A DNA stretch of 64,000 bases, taken from contig NC_058368.1 of assembly GCF_018350175.1 (NCBI RefSeq), positions 24,616,001 through 24,680,000 on the forward strand, written 5' to 3'. A program made the position numbers and the translations under genes. The notes under the pieces were generated by a model, which worked only from the letters and a program-made list of their open reading frames with translations, did not search any database and was not told where the DNA came from. Source of the stretch: Felis catus. Its lineage: Eukaryota. Shown piece by piece: positions 61,913-64,000 of this stretch (position 1 is its first letter; the number at the start of each line of letters is the position of its first letter).

Positions 61913-62355
61913 GAATTTCTCAGATTGGCATAAAAATTATATTTGATTGGGACTCTTTTTTCCCCCCTTAATTTTTGTGCTGTTGTATCTTACACATACA
62001 GAAGCATGAGGGTGAGATTGGGGGGCTCTGGAGCAAGGTTCCAGGGTCCCAGTGCTGAACTTGCTGCTCAGTTGCTGTGTGTGGTCTTCACGTCCTTTTC
62101 CTAGGCCTCAGTGTTCTCATCCACAAGATAGTAATAATAATCCTATATTGAATGATGCTTTATTTCTCACGTGTGAACTGTGAAAGGGAAATACTGCCGC
62201 AGGTAAAAGGAAGTCTCAGAGGCAGGTGTTTTTGTCGTCGTTAACAGTAGGCTGGAAAATGACAAAGGAGAAGCAGCTGAAATGATCTACACACTTAAAT
62301 GTGATCTGCTCAACAACTAATGTTTGAAAATTCCTTTAAAAAATATTTTGGCTCA

Positions 62356-62527
62356 GGGGCGCCTCGGTGGCTCAGCCGGTCAAGCGTCCAACTTCAGCTC
62401 AGGTCATGATCTCATGTCTCATAGGTTCAAGTCCCACATCTGGCTCTGTGTTGACAGCTCAGAGCCTGGAGACTGCTTCAGATTCTGTGTCTCCCTCTCT
62501 CTGCCCCTCCCCAACTCGGTTCCTCTC

Positions 62528-62574
<47 letters not shown>

Positions 62575-62607
62575 AATAAATAAACGCTAAAAGAAAAATT
62601 AAAAAAA
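62356..62607 (+). mobile_element. Can-SINE
   Basis: Full element; TSD-like AAAAAATATTTT. Confidence 0.94.
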
Positions 62608-63224
62608 TATTTTAGTTCTGTTCTTGGATCCTTAGTTTTACATTTACTGAAAGAGACAAATGTAAATTGGACCTCAAAGTTTTGGGGGCAGGTGACCTTG
62701 AAAAGCACCCATGGCCAACAGGTGCTCTGCTCTAGTTGATTTCAGGTGATGAAGACTGAAGGGCGGTGCGGGATTCTTTTTAATCCTTAGGCTCCTCTAC
62801 GTTCTCTTATTTCAACAATCTATAGTGGGTCAGGAAACAAGTGTCCTGGGAACATATGTAAAGTACCTCCCTATTCTCTCTTTCTTTCTTTGGAAGCTGT
62901 TTTTAGAAGACAGCTTTTGGGACGGCTATTTTACATACGGTAGGTCGGGAGACTTGAGCTTTTATTTATGCACATTTTAAGAGTGTTTTAAACCGTCAAA
63001 TCACTTGAACTGTCCTATGACATACATAAAACCTGTTCTTTGTTTTGTGTTGTTTTTCCTGCTGGCTCACTCTTCGTTTAAACTCGGTCTCTGTGGAGAT
63101 TTGGGCCAAGGTCACTGACATTGCCAGCAGCTACTTCGTGCTTGATAAACTTGGATATTCTCCAGAAACGTTTGAATCTCTGAGATTTAGAGGTCTTTCC
63201 TTCATCCCTGTGCTGTTGCGGGTA

Positions 63225-63340
63225 AGAATGTGAACTTGGGAGCAAGACTGCTTGGGTGTGCAACGCTCCCCTTTATTGGCTGTGCATCTGTAAAATGGAA
63301 ACAGTGTTGTTGTATCTACCTCATAGGTTGTTAGAGGGAT

Positions 63341-63388
<48 letters not shown>

Positions 63389-63447
63389 GAAAATCTAGAA
63401 CAGTTCCAGGCACCTACTAAATAAACTTCATGCAAGTGTTAGTTATG
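63225..63447 (+). mobile_element. MIR interrupted by (TG)n at 63344-63385
   Basis: CATCTGTAAAATGG...CTACCTCATAGGTTGTT...TAGAACAGTTCCAGGCAC. Confidence 0.85.
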
Positions 63448-64000
63448 AGCCGATGGCGATGGCTAAGATAATAGGTGAGTACTCTGGGGGAAAAAAAAAT
63501 AGAGCAGTAAATGAGGATAGTGTGCACCTTAGGGATGCAGTTTTAAAAAGGGTGATGAGGAAAGTCTCATTCCAGAGGTACTTTTGAATAAAGATGGCGG
63601 TGCCGAAGACTATAGAGGAGTGTAGGGGAGGCGTGCAGAAGGGTATAGAGGTGTAGGAATGTAGCGGTAATAGATAAGGAGGTCAGGGAGGTAACTCAGG
63701 GACACACGGACAGATATTGCAAGTGTTGAAGGGTTTATTTTTGTTTGTTTGTTCGTTGGGACCAGCAGAACCTCCCTCACGGTGCTGGTTTAAAGAGAAG
63801 GGTGGGTGTCTGAGCTCTGGGTGTAGGGTCTGGGAACTGGTGCCCAGTTACTGGTTGCCATCACATTGATGATGTTGTCTTTACCAGTCCTTGGTTTCGT
63901 TTTTGTTTTTTTTTTCTGTTTTCTTTTTCTAGATAGTTCTGCTGTGGCATTTTCACTTCTTCCTCTCTCTTCTCTATACCTACTTTAGGCACACATATTC

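Noticed and set aside
665..62708. Recurrent peptides such as GAWVAQSVKRPTSAQVMIS and ERERETQNRKQAPGSE
   Set aside because: Translations of Can-SINE copies, not a gene family.

Overview
Mammalian nuclear DNA from a felid (cat or close relative), judged by about 37 tRNA-derived Can-SINEs, several with the young felid-type head GGGGCGCCTGGGTGGCGCAGTCGGTTAAGCGTCCGACTTCAGCCAGGTCACGATCTCGCGGTCCG. About 58 kb looks intergenic: Can-SINEs, MIR, L1/L2 fragments, MaLR/ERV LTRs, hAT and Tigger fossils, microsatellites and some unique, motif-rich blocks. It ends in a large CpG island (about 58.4-60.1 kb) with a GC-box promoter, a candidate first exon ending at a donor at 59341/59342, and the start of a candidate intron 1 of a + strand gene I cannot name. 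No convincing protein-coding exon, structural RNA gene or CRISPR is visible, and the supplied ORFs look like repeat or GC artefacts. The most unusual structure is a 312-bp local inverted duplication (40862-41173 / 43115-43426, 4 mismatches). Its recipient copy is bracketed by a much more diverged 37-bp direct repeat (5 mismatches), which suggests an old templated insertion whose arms are being homogenised. The arms could also flip a 1.94-kb spacer that carries an AP-1/TEAD/RUNX motif cluster. I see no evidence for a new protein-based system. Repeat family names come from recognising sequence by eye, and boundaries of old repeats are approximate.
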